This document shows positions 1 through 10,684 of a DNA stretch of 64,000 nucleotides, piece by piece (the first letter of the stretch is position 1; every line of letters begins with the position of its first letter). A program made the translations under genes and the position numbers. Origin of the DNA: an uncultured SAR86 cluster bacterium (lineage in GTDB: Bacteria; Pseudomonadota; Gammaproteobacteria; Magnimaribacterales; AG-339-G14); NCBI GenBank assembly GCA_902625415.1, contig CACOBG010000002.1:21783-85782 (forward strand), given 5' to 3'. Under the pieces are notes generated by a model, which made no database searches, was not told the DNA's origin, and saw nothing but the letters and a program-made list of their open reading frames with translations.

Positions 1-809
1 TTACCAGAAAAAGCACCTCCACCATGTCGAGCCATGCCACCGTAAGTATCCACAATTATCTTTCTTCCCGTTAATCCACAATCCCCTACAGGACCTCCTA
101 TGACGAAGCTTCCTGTTGGATTTATATAAATTTTTGTATCTTCATTAAGCCATGCATTTGGAATGACCGGCTTAATTATTTCTTCCATAACTCCTTCTTC
201 AATGGTTTTTGCATCAATATCTGGATCATGCTGAGTTGATAATACAATTGCTGAAACACTCGATGGATTTCCTTGATCATTGTATAAAAAACTCAACTGA
301 CTTTTTGCATCCGGTCTTAGCCATTTCAATTTTCCATTTTTTCTTACCTCAGACTGCTTCTTGACTAGCAGATGGGAGTAGTGGATAGGTGCGGGCATCA
401 GAACATCAGTTTCATTAGTTGCATAACCAAACATTAAGCCTTGGTCCCCCGCGCCTTGATCCAAATCGGTTCCAGAACCCTCATCTACTCCGGCAGCGAT
501 ATCAACTGACTGTTGTCCAATGGCATTAATTATTTCAACTGTATTGCCATTGAATCCTAAGTCATCATTGTCATAGCCAATTTCATTGATTACTTCTCGA
601 ATAACTTTTTCTAAGTTAGGTTGAGCAGAGGAGGTTATCTCTCCTGCAATCACTACCAAATCGGTTTTAACCAAAGTTTCACATGCCACTCTGGCATTTG
701 GATCCTCTTTTAGGTATGCATCCAAAATTGCATCGGAAATTTGATCACACATTTTATCGGGGTGACCTTCAGAAACAGATTCAGAAGTGAAAGTTTTATA
801 CTCAGACAT
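1..809 (-). CDS. metK: S-adenosylmethionine synthetase (3' end beyond window start)
   Basis: Not in ORF track. Manual minus-strand translation from ATG at 809: [27 protein letters not shown]...[12 protein letters not shown]...[17 protein letters not shown], all MetK signature motifs. Confidence 0.97.
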   Translation of the reverse strand, partial: MSEYKTFTSESVSEGHPDKMCDQISDAILDAYLKEDPNARVACETLVKTDLVVIAGEITSSAQPNLEKVIREVINEIGYDNDDLGFNGNTVEIINAIGQQSVDIAAGVDEGSGTDLDQGAGDQGLMFGYATNETDVLMPAPIHYSHLLVKKQSEVRKNGKLKWLRPDAKSQLSFLYNDQGNPSSVSAIVLSTQHDPDIDAKTIEEGVMEEIIKPVIPNAWLNEDTKIYINPTGSFVIGGPVGDCGLTGRKIIVDTYGGMARHGGGAFSG

Positions 810-829
810 GACAATAATAAAGTCAGCAA

Positions 830-861
830 TTCTACTATGAACTGACCTTGAAATAGTAGAA
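830..861. promoter_or_regulatory. 9-bp inverted repeat (TTCTACTAT-N14-ATAGTAGAA) between divergent metK and tkt; possible operator
   Basis: Perfect arms at 830-838 and 853-861; left arm overlaps a minus-strand TAGAAT hexamer (829-834). Confidence 0.3.
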
Positions 862-878
862 AATAACATTCTAATTTC

Positions 879-2852
879 ATGACTGATCAACAAAACCTAG
901 CCAATGCTATAAGAGCTCTATCTATGGATGCAGTTCAGAGAGCAGGATGCGGTCATCCTGGCATGCCCATGGGAATGGCAGATATCGCACAGGTTTTGTG
1001 GACAAAACATCTTAAATATAACCCCTCAAATCCTGATTGGTTTGACAGAGATAGATTTGTTTTATCCAACGGACACGGCTCCATGCTCCTTTATTCTCTT
1101 CTTCATTTGACAGGATATGACCTTTCTATAGATGAATTGAAAAATTTCCGTCAACTGGGTTCAAAAACACCCGGACATCCGGAATGTGACGTGACCCCTG
1201 GAGTAGAAACAACGACCGGTCCGCTTGGGCAAGGTATTGCGAATGCAGTTGGAATGGCAATGGCAGAAAAAATTCTTGCAAAGAAATTCAACAAAAAAGA
1301 CTGTCCAATAATCGATCATTACACTTATGTTTTTTGTGGTGACGGTTGTTTGATGGAAGGTATTTCTCACGAGGTTTGTTCTTTAGCTGGTACTCATAAA
1401 CTGAATAAATTAATTGTTTTATATGATGACAATAAAATCAGCATTGATGGCAAAGTTGAAGGTTGGTTTACGGACAATACGCCCGAAAGATTCAAGAGTT
1501 ATGGTTGGAACGTTATAGCAGAAGTAGATGGACACGATTTTCAAAGCATCGATAAAGCCTTGGAAGATGCAAAATCATCTAATCTTCCGACACTAATTTG
1601 TTGTAAAACAGAAATCGGGAAAGGATCTCCCAATAAATCAGGCTCAGCAGATGCTCATGGCGCAGCCCTCGGCGAAGAAGAAATTAAACTCACTAGAGAA
1701 AACATTCAATGGCAGCATGAGCCTTTTGAAATTCCCGAAGAAATTTATGAGGCTTGGGATCACAAAAAGCAAGGACAAGAAAGTGAAGAAAAATGGCAAG
1801 AGATTCTTTCTGACTTTGAAAAAAATCATCCTGAAGATTTCAAAGAGCTACATAGATTAATCACCGGAAGCTTGCCTAGTAATTTTAAATCTACCATCGA
1901 AAATCTAATCAATAATTTTTCTAAAGATGAAAATTCTTATGCCAGTAGAAAGTGTTCTGGTATGTGTTTGGATGCTATTGGTCCAATCATGCCAGAGCTG
2001 ATAGGCGGATCAGCAGATCTTTCGCCTTCAAACAATACCGAATGGAAGGGAACCTCTCATCTTGCCGAAGACGGTTCAGGTAATTACTTAAATTATGGCG
2101 TTCGAGAATTTGGTATGTCGGCAATCATGAATGGCATGATCCTACATGGCGGCATTAGACCTTATGCAGGAACCTTTCTTACTTTTCTAGATTACGCAAG
2201 AAATGCCGTAAGGATGTCTGCCTTGATGAAATTGCCCGTGATTTATGTTTATACGCATGATTCAATCGGGGTCGGTGAAGATGGTCCAACTCATCAACCG
2301 GTGGAACATATTTCAATGCTAAGAATAACGCCTGGTATTTACACTTGGCGACCTTGTGATGGGGTTGAAACTGCTTGCGCGTGGAAATTTGCACTGGAAT
2401 CAAAAGCTGCACCGTCAGCATTAATATTATCCAGACAATCATTAGATGCTCAGAAAAGAGAAACAAATGACTCAATTTTTCAAGGCGCATACGAACTTGC
2501 TTCAGACCAAAATCCCAAAATAACATTGGTTGCTTCGGGTTCAGAAGTGGGCTTAGCCATGAAAGTTCGAGATCAGCTTAAGGAGCAAAAAATATCATCA
2601 AGAGTTGTCTCAATGCCATGTACCGAAATATTTGATGAACAATCACCAGAATATCAAAGAGAAACTTTGGGTGACTTGCCAAAAATTTTCATAGAAGCAG
2701 GGCAAAGCGATTTTTGGAAGAAATATTGTGAAGGAGATGATCAAGTAGTCGGTATCGACAAATTTGGCGAATCCGCTCCAATAGATGATTTGATGAACCA
2801 CTTTGGTTTTACAGTTGAAAATATAATCGAGCAAATTAATAAAACAATTTAA
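879..2852 (+). CDS. tkt: Transketolase
   Basis: [22 protein letters not shown] ThDP-binding motif, [16 protein letters not shown]. Confidence 0.97.
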   Translation: MTDQQNLANAIRALSMDAVQRAGCGHPGMPMGMADIAQVLWTKHLKYNPSNPDWFDRDRFVLSNGHGSMLLYSLLHLTGYDLSIDELKNFRQLGSKTPGHPECDVTPGVETTTGPLGQGIANAVGMAMAEKILAKKFNKKDCPIIDHYTYVFCGDGCLMEGISHEVCSLAGTHKLNKLIVLYDDNKISIDGKVEGWFTDNTPERFKSYGWNVIAEVDGHDFQSIDKALEDAKSSNLPTLICCKTEIGKGSPNKSGSADAHGAALGEEEIKLTRENIQWQHEPFEIPEEIYEAWDHKKQGQESEEKWQEILSDFEKNHPEDFKELHRLITGSLPSNFKSTIENLINNFSKDENSYASRKCSGMCLDAIGPIMPELIGGSADLSPSNNTEWKGTSHLAEDGSGNYLNYGVREFGMSAIMNGMILHGGIRPYAGTFLTFLDYARNAVRMSALMKLPVIYVYTHDSIGVGEDGPTHQPVEHISMLRITPGIYTWRPCDGVETACAWKFALESKAAPSALILSRQSLDAQKRETNDSIFQGAYELASDQNPKITLVASGSEVGLAMKVRDQLKEQKISSRVVSMPCTEIFDEQSPEYQRETLGDLPKIFIEAGQSDFWKKYCEGDDQVVGIDKFGESAPIDDLMNHFGFTVENIIEQINKTI

Positions 2853-4013
2853 GTGGATTTAACAAATTCAAAACTATCCTCTTTTGATTTCGAGGGAAAA
2901 AGAGTTCTATTGAGAGTAGACTTCAACATTCCAATCAGAGACGAAGAAGTTCTTAACGATGAAAGAATGGTCAGAGCTTTGCCGACCATTAAACACTTAT
3001 TGGAAAAAGCAAAATCTATCAGAATCATAACGCATCGTGGTAGACCTAAAGAATCGGGAGAAGTTCAGCCTGAATTTTCGATCAAACCAATAGCAAAAAG
3101 ACTCTCTCAATTATTAGATATTCCTGTTCCAATAGCTGATTCTTTAGATGACTTAGAGCAAAACAAAAAAATTATCATGTTGGAAAACATAAGATTTTTT
3201 GAAGGAGAAAAAGAAAACTCTACAAATCTTTCAAAAACACTGGGCAATTATGGAGATGTTTACATCATGGATGCTTTCGGTACTGCTCATCGTAAGCAAG
3301 CATCTACTTTTGGAGTAATTGACTCAGTAGCTGAAGCAGGTGTTGGCCTTTTGGTTGAAGATGAACTGGAGGCCTTGAAAAAGATTTTGGTGAATCCAAA
3401 AAAACCTCTAATTGGGATTATTGGCGGATCAAAGATCTCGACCAAAATTAATGTCATTGATTCGCTTACATCATACGTTGATAAATTAATCATAGGCGGT
3501 GCTTTGGCAAATACTTGCTATATGGCAATGGGAAAAAACATTGGAAAATCGTTATTTGAAGAAGATTACATAGATGTAGCAGAAAAATTAGTTGGTAATG
3601 AGAAGATTGTATTGCCAGAAAATGTCGTTGTTTTAGATACATCTAACGATTCTGTATTTGAAAAGCATATTGATGATATAGCCAGTCATGAAGCTATCTG
3701 CGATGTGGGTAAAAAATCTTTGGAGTATTTTCAAAAACATATTAATTCTGCTAAAACTGTTTTTTGGAATGGTCCTTTGGGTAAGTTTGAGGATCCAAGA
3801 TTTTCTGAAGGAACTTCTGAGGTAGCAAAAATAATGTCTGAATCTAAAGCCTATAGCATTATTGGTGGCGGGGAGACCATCACCTCTTTTGCAAATATAA
3901 ATTTAATGGATTCTGTAGATTATGCTTCCACTGCGGGAGGAGCTTTCTTAGAATATATAGAAAATAATTCCTTACCTTGCATAGATAAAATAATAACTAA
4001 AAATATAGGATAG
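2853..4013 (+). CDS. pgk: Phosphoglycerate kinase
   Basis: RVDFNIP, DAFGTAHR, GGSKISTK, WNGPLG motifs; GTG start abutting tkt stop. Confidence 0.95.
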   Translation: MDLTNSKLSSFDFEGKRVLLRVDFNIPIRDEEVLNDERMVRALPTIKHLLEKAKSIRIITHRGRPKESGEVQPEFSIKPIAKRLSQLLDIPVPIADSLDDLEQNKKIIMLENIRFFEGEKENSTNLSKTLGNYGDVYIMDAFGTAHRKQASTFGVIDSVAEAGVGLLVEDELEALKKILVNPKKPLIGIIGGSKISTKINVIDSLTSYVDKLIIGGALANTCYMAMGKNIGKSLFEEDYIDVAEKLVGNEKIVLPENVVVLDTSNDSVFEKHIDDIASHEAICDVGKKSLEYFQKHINSAKTVFWNGPLGKFEDPRFSEGTSEVAKIMSESKAYSIIGGGETITSFANINLMDSVDYASTAGGAFLEYIENNSLPCIDKIITKNIG

Positions 4014-4017
4014 AAAT

Positions 4018-5025
4018 ATGAAATCACTGGAAGAAATTGCAACTTATATTGTTTCTGATGGAAAGGGTATATTAGCTGCTGATGAGAGTACCCCAACAAT
4101 AGGGAAAAGATTTGCAACAATAAATGCTGAGTCTACTGAAGACTCCAGAAGAGATTATCGTGAGATGCTTTTTCGAGCTGATGGAATGAAAAATAACATT
4201 GGCGGAGTTATTTTATTTGATGAGACTTTGAGACAAGACGCAAAAGATGGCACCCCTTTAAAAGATATAATTTCCGAACAAGGCGCATTGCCAGGTATCA
4301 AGGTAGACAAGGGAATCAGTCCGCTTGATTCTTCTCCTGAAGAAAATATCACTGGTGGCTTAGAAGGACTTAATGAGAGATGTGCAGAATATTTTGATCT
4401 TGGTGCTAAATTTACCAAGTGGCGTGCAGTTATAAAAATTGCCGACGGTCTGCCTTCTCAAGAGGCTATCAAAGCAAACATGGATGCTCTTGCTGATTAC
4501 GCAAAAATAGTTCAGGAAAATAACATGGTTCCAATTGTCGAGCCTGAAGTTTTGATGGATGGCAGTCATTCCATAGAATCTTGCCAAGACGCAACAAAAA
4601 GATGTTTGAGTACTCTATTTGAAGCTTTGGCAGAGAAAGGCGTTTTGGTAGAAGGAACCATTTTAAAACCCAATATGGTGGTCTCAGGAAATGAATGTTC
4701 GGAGCAAGCTGGAATCCAACAAGTTGCAGAAATTACATTAAATTGTTTATTGGAAAATGTTCCTAGTAATCTGCCAGGAATTACATTTCTTTCCGGAGGA
4801 CAATCCGATGTTGACGCCACAGCTCATTTAGATGCTATGAATAAAATTGGTGGCAATCCATGGAAGCTCAGTTTCTCTTATGGCCGTGCCTTGCAACAGG
4901 CTGCTCTCAAAACTTGGAGCGGTAAACAAGAAAATGAGCAAGCCGCGCAAGAGGCCTTCAGCCACAGAGCTAAAATGAATATGTTGGCAGCAAAAGGTGA
5001 ATGGTCAGAAAACTTAGAAGGATAG
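4018..5025 (+). CDS. fba: Class I (Schiff-base) fructose-bisphosphate aldolase
   Basis: AADES, GIKVDKG, KWR, PIVEPE, LKPNMV (Schiff-base Lys), FSYGRALQ. Confidence 0.95.
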   Translation: MKSLEEIATYIVSDGKGILAADESTPTIGKRFATINAESTEDSRRDYREMLFRADGMKNNIGGVILFDETLRQDAKDGTPLKDIISEQGALPGIKVDKGISPLDSSPEENITGGLEGLNERCAEYFDLGAKFTKWRAVIKIADGLPSQEAIKANMDALADYAKIVQENNMVPIVEPEVLMDGSHSIESCQDATKRCLSTLFEALAEKGVLVEGTILKPNMVVSGNECSEQAGIQQVAEITLNCLLENVPSNLPGITFLSGGQSDVDATAHLDAMNKIGGNPWKLSFSYGRALQQAALKTWSGKQENEQAAQEAFSHRAKMNMLAAKGEWSENLEG

Positions 5026-5029
5026 TCTT

Positions 5030-5740
5030 TTATTTATTTATAAAAAATCTACTGGCTAAAAGCCCCACTTCATAAAGCAGCCAGACAGGAAGAGCCAAAA
5101 GCGTTTGTGAAAAAATATCGGGAGGTGTAAGAAACATTCCCACAACAAAACATCCTATGATCACGTAAGGTCTGGCACTAGAGAGTTGTTGAGCAGTTGT
5201 AACTCCTGACCAAATCATCAACATCAGAACAATCGGTACCTCAAATGCAAAACCAAAGACAAAAAGAATTCTAACAACAAAATCAATGTATTCATTGATG
5301 TCGGTCATTACCAAAACTTCCGAGGGAGAGGCTTGAACAAAAAAAGTGAAAATCAGCGGAAAAATTACAAAAAAAGCAAAACAAATACCTGCAAGAAACA
5401 AAATTATGCTGGAAAACAAAACCGCAAAAAAACCTATCTTTTCTTCTTTGTATAAACCTGGCGCAATGAAGTTCCATAACTCAAAAAGTAAATATGGAAT
5501 TGCTACAAAAGTAGCGACATAAAAAGTAAGCCTTAATGGAGTCAAAAAGGGTGACACCACACCAGTTGCAATCATTGAAGAATTGACAGGTAAGATTTCT
5601 GTTAAGGGATTGGCAAAAACAAGAAAAATTTCATTTCTAAAAAAAACCAACACAAAAAAAATTAGAGTAATTGCGCCAAGGCTTCTTAAAAGAACATTTC
5701 GCAGAGAGTTTAAATGTTCAAGATAACTTTTTTCAGTCAT
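5030..5740 (-). CDS. tatC: Twin-arginine translocase subunit TatC
   Basis: HLxxLR N-terminus, WxFIAPGLY, FEVP, TPPD motifs; multiple TM segments. Confidence 0.95.
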   Translation of the reverse strand: MTEKSYLEHLNSLRNVLLRSLGAITLIFFVLVFFRNEIFLVFANPLTEILPVNSSMIATGVVSPFLTPLRLTFYVATFVAIPYLLFELWNFIAPGLYKEEKIGFFAVLFSSIILFLAGICFAFFVIFPLIFTFFVQASPSEVLVMTDINEYIDFVVRILFVFGFAFEVPIVLMLMIWSGVTTAQQLSSARPYVIIGCFVVGMFLTPPDIFSQTLLALPVWLLYEVGLLASRFFINK

Positions 5741-5939
5741 CTTTATTTTCTTTATTGTTTTGGAAGTCTTCCGAATATATTTCTTGTTTAATCTCTTGCG
5801 AGATTGAAGAGCTTTTTGAGCGAATTAGCTTCACATATTCTTCTAATTTGGTGAGAAATCCCGGCAATCTTTTAGGGCCTAAAATAAGTAAAGCAATCAT
5901 TCCTATTAATAAGATTTCAAAGAATCCTATGTCGAACAT
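5733..5939 (-). CDS. tatB: Twin-arginine translocase subunit TatB (short, 68 aa)
   Basis: MFDIGFFEILLIGMIALLILGPKRLP; position between tatA and tatC. Confidence 0.92.
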   Translation of the reverse strand: MFDIGFFEILLIGMIALLILGPKRLPGFLTKLEEYVKLIRSKSSSISQEIKQEIYSEDFQNNKENKDD

Positions 5940-6116
5940 CTAATCTTCTTTTTTGTCGTCTAAACTTTTGTCTTCTTCTTTGACTGCTTTTTTAAACCCT
6001 TTAACAAAAGAACCTAAATCTCCACCAAGATTTCTAATTCTTTTGGTGCCGAAGATCAAAACAATAATTGCAAGAATGATTAGCAATTGCCAAATACTTA
6101 TTCCACCAAAACCCAT
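5940..6116 (-). CDS. tatA: Twin-arginine translocase subunit TatA (58 aa)
   Basis: Below ORF-track cutoff. Manual translation [58 protein letters not shown]; FG hinge and GFK motif. Confidence 0.93.
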   Translation of the reverse strand: MGFGGISIWQLLIILAIIVLIFGTKRIRNLGGDLGSFVKGFKKAVKEEDKSLDDKKED

Positions 6117-6437
6117 TTATTCTTTCCTTCCTTTTTTTTCTTCTATTCCAGAAAGACCCTCTCTGCTTTCAAGTTCCTTTAAAACCTCAGTTGGATCGAT
6201 TCCGTTATTGGTCAATAATACCATGACGTGAAACCATAAATCTGCAGCTTCATGAATAACCTTATTTTTCTCTAGATCTTCAGTTATTTCGGCAATTAGT
6301 TCGTCAGTCTCTTCAGCTATTTTTTCAATAATCTTCTCGTTTCCTTTGGCATACAAACTCGCTACATAAGATGAAGAAGGATCGGCATTCTTACGCTCCT
6401 TCAGTAAGTCGCTTAATCTTTCTACTATGTTCTTCAT
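6117..6437 (-). CDS. hisE: Phosphoribosyl-ATP pyrophosphatase
   Basis: SSYVASLY, KIAEE, HEAADLWFH, REGLSGIEEK. Confidence 0.93.
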   Translation of the reverse strand: MKNIVERLSDLLKERKNADPSSSYVASLYAKGNEKIIEKIAEETDELIAEITEDLEKNKVIHEAADLWFHVMVLLTNNGIDPTEVLKELESREGLSGIEEKKGRKE

Positions 6438-7969
6438 TGGCTGACTATTATGGCAACTAAAAGCAATACAGTAATACCTATGTATATAAATTTATTATTG
6501 TTTTTAGATTGCTTGATCTCTTTTTTTAAGTTTTTTATTTCCGAGTTGTATTCTTCTAATCTAGACAAGTTATCTAATATGATTTCAATTTTTTCAGGAA
6601 GTTCGTAAGCTTTTTCTGCCAAAGCAAAAGAATCATTTTTAAATCTTTCAAACATTGCCTTGGGGCTGTATTTTTTTGCAACCCAAGATTGAATAAATGG
6701 CTTGGCTGTTGTCCACAAATCCAATTCTGGATAAATTTGTCTGCCTAACCCCTCAATGTTAATTAAAGTTTTGTTGAGTAATAACAATGAAGTCGGCAGG
6801 GATAAATCAAATTTTCTTGTAGCATCGAATAAATAGAGCAACATTTCTCCAAATTTAATTTCATCGAAGGGTTTCTCGAAAATTGGATCCAAAACCGTTC
6901 TTATCACAACTTCAAGTTCAACTTCTTTTGTATCTTCGCCAACCCAACCGGCATTTACCATGGTCTTGGCAACCCCAGAATAATTTTTATTGAACATTTC
7001 TGAAAGTATCTTGCCGATGATGAGCTGTTCTTTTTCAGTTAGGGAACCGCAAATGGCATAATCGACAGCAACATAGGTGGGATTTTCAGGATTGGAATTG
7101 TTTACAAAAATATTACCTGGATGCATATCGGCATGGAAAAAATTATCATCAAAAAGTTGTTTGAAGAAAATCTTTACCCCTGTTTCGGCTAAGGCTTTTA
7201 AATTTATGTTTTCTTTTTTTAGTACTTCTATGTCCGTTACAGGTATTCCAGAAATTTTTTCCATGGTCATGACATTTTTTGAAGAGAAATTTTCATAAAC
7301 CTCTGGAATATACAGAAGAGAATTTTCTTTAAAGAAGTTTTTTGTTTGGATGGCATTCGCTGCTTCTTTTTTTAGATCGGTTTCAGCAGTAATAACCAAT
7401 TCATATTCTCTTATCAAATCCATCAGTTTTAATCTTCGAGCATCAGAGAGGATTAATTCGGCTAAACCGCCTAAAAATTTAATTGAGTTAACATCAGCAG
7501 AAATTCTCTTATCCAAACCAGGACGAACAATTTTTACAACCACTGATTCACCATCTTTTAAAATTGCTTCATGCACTTGAGCAATAGAAGCGGCAGCGAG
7601 AGGTTCTTCACTAAATGACTCAAAAATTTGATCTATAGGACTTTCCAAATCTTGCTCTACTATTTTGATAGCGTCTTTTGTTGAAAAAGGTTTTAAGTTG
7701 TTTTGAAATTTTTTTAGGACACTTGCTTGTTTTTCTCCAACAAGATCCGGTCTGGTTGATAAGAGTTGACCAAACTTTATAAAGAGCGGACCCATCTCTT
7801 CTAATGCATCACTTAAACGATGCTCTATTTCTTTTTGCTTCCTGAAAAAAATTCTTGGCAATAAAAATAAAAGAGATAAAAGAACTTTATTTACCAAAGG
7901 ATCAAATAGTTCATCCAATCTGTATTTACAAAAAATATAAGAGATACGAATCAGACCTAAAATAGCCAT
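6434..7969 (-). CDS. ubiB: Ubiquinone biosynthesis kinase-like protein UbiB
   Basis: GPLFIKFGQLLSTRPD, AAASIAQVH, FFHADMHPGN; start set at MAILG (7969), just after the ubiE stop. Confidence 0.93.
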   Translation of the reverse strand: MAILGLIRISYIFCKYRLDELFDPLVNKVLLSLLFLLPRIFFRKQKEIEHRLSDALEEMGPLFIKFGQLLSTRPDLVGEKQASVLKKFQNNLKPFSTKDAIKIVEQDLESPIDQIFESFSEEPLAAASIAQVHEAILKDGESVVVKIVRPGLDKRISADVNSIKFLGGLAELILSDARRLKLMDLIREYELVITAETDLKKEAANAIQTKNFFKENSLLYIPEVYENFSSKNVMTMEKISGIPVTDIEVLKKENINLKALAETGVKIFFKQLFDDNFFHADMHPGNIFVNNSNPENPTYVAVDYAICGSLTEKEQLIIGKILSEMFNKNYSGVAKTMVNAGWVGEDTKEVELEVVIRTVLDPIFEKPFDEIKFGEMLLYLFDATRKFDLSLPTSLLLLNKTLINIEGLGRQIYPELDLWTTAKPFIQSWVAKKYSPKAMFERFKNDSFALAEKAYELPEKIEIILDNLSRLEEYNSEIKNLKKEIKQSKNNNKFIYIGITVLLLVAIIVSQ

Positions 7970-7970
7970 T

Positions 7971-8720
7971 TTACTTTTCCGCAATATGAAGAGTTACTAT
8001 GCCCGCGGTCATGATGTCGTAGGAAACATTTTTAAAATTCACAGACTCAAGCATTTGTTTAAATTCTTCTTGCGATGGATGCATCCTTATTGATTCAGCA
8101 AGATATTGATAACTTTCCTCATCTTGAGCAAAAAATTTTCCAAGTTTTGGCAAAATCTTAAATGAATAGAAATCGTATAAGTCAGATATCAAAGGAGATT
8201 CAGGTTTTGAAAATTCCAAGACTAAAAGTCTACCTCCAGGTTTTAAACATCTGTAAAAATTTTTTAAGGCTTCGAGCTTATTTGTCACGTTTCTAATTCC
8301 AAAACCTATGGTTATGCAATTAAATCTGTTATCGGGAAAAGGGAGGTTTTCAGCGTCAGCAACAGCAGTTTTTATATTCAATTTATTTTTATCAAGACTT
8401 CTTGTTTTACCTAGTTTTAACATTTTCTCATTGATATCACTGAGGATGACTTCACCCGACTCTCCTACCAAATCTGACATTAAAATAGATAGGTCTCCCG
8501 TTCCTCCGGCGACATCTAAAACAGAATCACCTTGTTTTAAATTGGATAGTTCGATTGTGCCTCTCTTCCATAGGCGGTGAATTCCTAAAGACATTAGGTC
8601 GTTCATAAGATCGTAATTTTCAGCAACAGAATCAAAAACACCCTTAACCATTTCTGGTTTTTCTGATTTATCTACATTTTTATAACCAAAGTTGGTTTCG
8701 TTATTTTCGTTTTTACTCAT
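7971..8720 (-). CDS. ubiE: Ubiquinone/menaquinone C-methyltransferase
   Basis: YDLMNDLMSLGIHRLWK, LDVAGGTGD, YLAESIRMHP. Confidence 0.96.
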   Translation of the reverse strand: MSKNENNETNFGYKNVDKSEKPEMVKGVFDSVAENYDLMNDLMSLGIHRLWKRGTIELSNLKQGDSVLDVAGGTGDLSILMSDLVGESGEVILSDINEKMLKLGKTRSLDKNKLNIKTAVADAENLPFPDNRFNCITIGFGIRNVTNKLEALKNFYRCLKPGGRLLVLEFSKPESPLISDLYDFYSFKILPKLGKFFAQDEESYQYLAESIRMHPSQEEFKQMLESVNFKNVSYDIMTAGIVTLHIAEK

Positions 8721-8743
8721 TTCTTTGGAATCTGTTAGTATTG

Positions 8744-8749
8744 TAGATT
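8744..8749 (+). promoter_or_regulatory. -10 hexamer TAGATT, 6 nt before orn ATG (putative leaderless start)
   Basis: TAGATT-attcat-ATG; no SD. Confidence 0.45.
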
Positions 8750-8755
8750 ATTCAT

Positions 8756-9295
8756 ATGGAAAACAAATTAATTTGGCTAGACTTAGAAATGACTGGTCTA
8801 GAACCTCAATCCGAAAGAATTATAGAGATTTTCACCGCCATTACTAATGAAGATTTAACAGAAGTAATTGAAGGACCAAATATCGTAATATCGCAACCAA
8901 CAGAATATTTAGACAATATGGATGATTGGAATCAGGATCATCATTCTAGATCAGGATTATTAGACGAAGTTAAAAAGAGTGAGACTTCTCAAGAGGACGC
9001 AGAGATGAGGACGCTGAACTTTATAAAAGAACATGTGGGAAAAAATAAGTCACCGCTTTGTGGAAACACAATTCACCACGATAGGAAGTTTTTAACACTG
9101 TATATGCCTCAACTAGAAGAGTACTTTCACTACAGAAATATAGACGTCAGCTCTTTCAAAGAAGTAGCAAAAAGATGGCGTCCCGAAGTCACTATGGCAC
9201 AACCAAAGCAAGTAGCTCATCGTGCCAGAGCAGATGTTTTTGAATCTATAAATGAATTACGATTTTACCGAGATGAATTTTTTGCAAAAAACTAA
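8756..9295 (+). CDS. orn: Oligoribonuclease
   Basis: LIWLDLEMTG, GNTIHHDRKFL, HYRNIDVSS (DEDDh family). Confidence 0.95.
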   Translation: MENKLIWLDLEMTGLEPQSERIIEIFTAITNEDLTEVIEGPNIVISQPTEYLDNMDDWNQDHHSRSGLLDEVKKSETSQEDAEMRTLNFIKEHVGKNKSPLCGNTIHHDRKFLTLYMPQLEEYFHYRNIDVSSFKEVAKRWRPEVTMAQPKQVAHRARADVFESINELRFYRDEFFAKN

Positions 9296-9349
9296 CTTTT
9301 TTACTGTATCTTTCTCCGTTTTCTTTATAATTGCCATCCCATTTAAGAT

Positions 9350-10681
9350 ATGAAGAAAGTCTTTATCCAAACCCATGGCTGTCAGATGAATGAATACGAT
9401 TCAGCCAAAATGCTTGAGTTACTTGGTGAGAAAAGTAATTTTCAAACTACAGAAAATGAGGCAGAAGCAGATTTATTAGTTCTAAATACTTGTTCAATCA
9501 GAGAAAAAGCACAAGAAAGGGTGTTCCACCAAGTTGGTCGCTGGAAAGCTTTGAAAGAAAATAATCCCGATTTAAAGATCGCCGTTGGTGGCTGTGTAGC
9601 CAGCCAAGAAGGAGAAGCTATTTCTAAAAGAGCTCCTGCAGTAGACATTGTCTTTGGTCCGCAAACTCTGCATAAACTCCCAGATTTGTATGAAGAATCT
9701 TCACAAGATGGAAAAAGAAAGCTTGATATTTCCTTTCCAAAAATTGAAAAGTTCGATCACTTCCCTGAGCCTAAAGCTGAAGGACCTTCTGCCTTTGTTT
9801 CTGTCATGGAAGGATGTAATAAATATTGTTCTTTTTGTGTGGTCCCGCATACCAGAGGGCATGAGGTTAGCAGACCTTTTGATGACATTTTGCAAGAAGT
9901 GAAATTATTGGCAGATCAAGGAGTAAGAGAGATAAATTTTTTAGGACAAAATGTAAATAATTTCAAAGGCGAAAAAGATGGAGAAAAATCCTCTTTAGCG
10001 GAATTGATTAGAGATGCTGCTCAGATCGATAATATAGATCGTCTAAGATTTACTACCAGTCATCCGTTTGAATTTAAAGATGATCTTGTAGAACTTTACC
10101 TTGATGTCCCTGAGTTGGTCAGCCATGTACATTTACCGGTTCAAAGCGGATCAGACAGAATTTTGAAGTTAATGAGAAGAAGGTATACCCGAGAGAGCTA
10201 TTTGGATTTAGTGAATCGTATAAGAACAAATCGTCCTGACATTAGTTTTTCTTCAGATTTTATAGTTGGTTTTCCGGGCGAGACTGAAGAAGACTTTCAA
10301 GATACTTTGGATGTCATCGATAACGTAAAGTTCGATGAATCTTTTAGTTTCATATACAGCCCGAGACCTAATACACCTGCAGCTGAAATGGAAGACGATG
10401 TCAATCTTGATGTAAAAAAAGAAAGATTAAGTATCCTCCAAAATAAGTTAAATAACTATTCCAGTCAGATCAGTCGCAAAATGGTAGGTACCACGGAAAA
10501 GTGTTTAATCACAGATATTTCAAAGAGGAATCCAGGAGAATTTCAAGCTAGAACAGAAAATAATCGTGTCGTTAATTTTTCCTCAGCTAAAAACATGATT
10601 GGAAGTTTTGTTGATTTAGAAATTGTTGAGGCAAAACCAAACTCACTTAGAGGTAATTTTACTGGAGGTACAATAAATTAA
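9350..10681 (+). CDS. miaB: tRNA-2-methylthio-N6-dimethylallyladenosine synthase
   Basis: [18 protein letters not shown], radical-SAM CNKYCSFC, C-terminal TRAM domain. Confidence 0.97.
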   Translation: MKKVFIQTHGCQMNEYDSAKMLELLGEKSNFQTTENEAEADLLVLNTCSIREKAQERVFHQVGRWKALKENNPDLKIAVGGCVASQEGEAISKRAPAVDIVFGPQTLHKLPDLYEESSQDGKRKLDISFPKIEKFDHFPEPKAEGPSAFVSVMEGCNKYCSFCVVPHTRGHEVSRPFDDILQEVKLLADQGVREINFLGQNVNNFKGEKDGEKSSLAELIRDAAQIDNIDRLRFTTSHPFEFKDDLVELYLDVPELVSHVHLPVQSGSDRILKLMRRRYTRESYLDLVNRIRTNRPDISFSSDFIVGFPGETEEDFQDTLDVIDNVKFDESFSFIYSPRPNTPAAEMEDDVNLDVKKERLSILQNKLNNYSSQISRKMVGTTEKCLITDISKRNPGEFQARTENNRVVNFSSAKNMIGSFVDLEIVEAKPNSLRGNFTGGTIN

Positions 10682-10684
10682 TTT

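Noticed and set aside
3860-3960. PGK variants GGGET and STAGGA
   Set aside because: Conservative changes with the other catalytic motifs intact; no support for altered function
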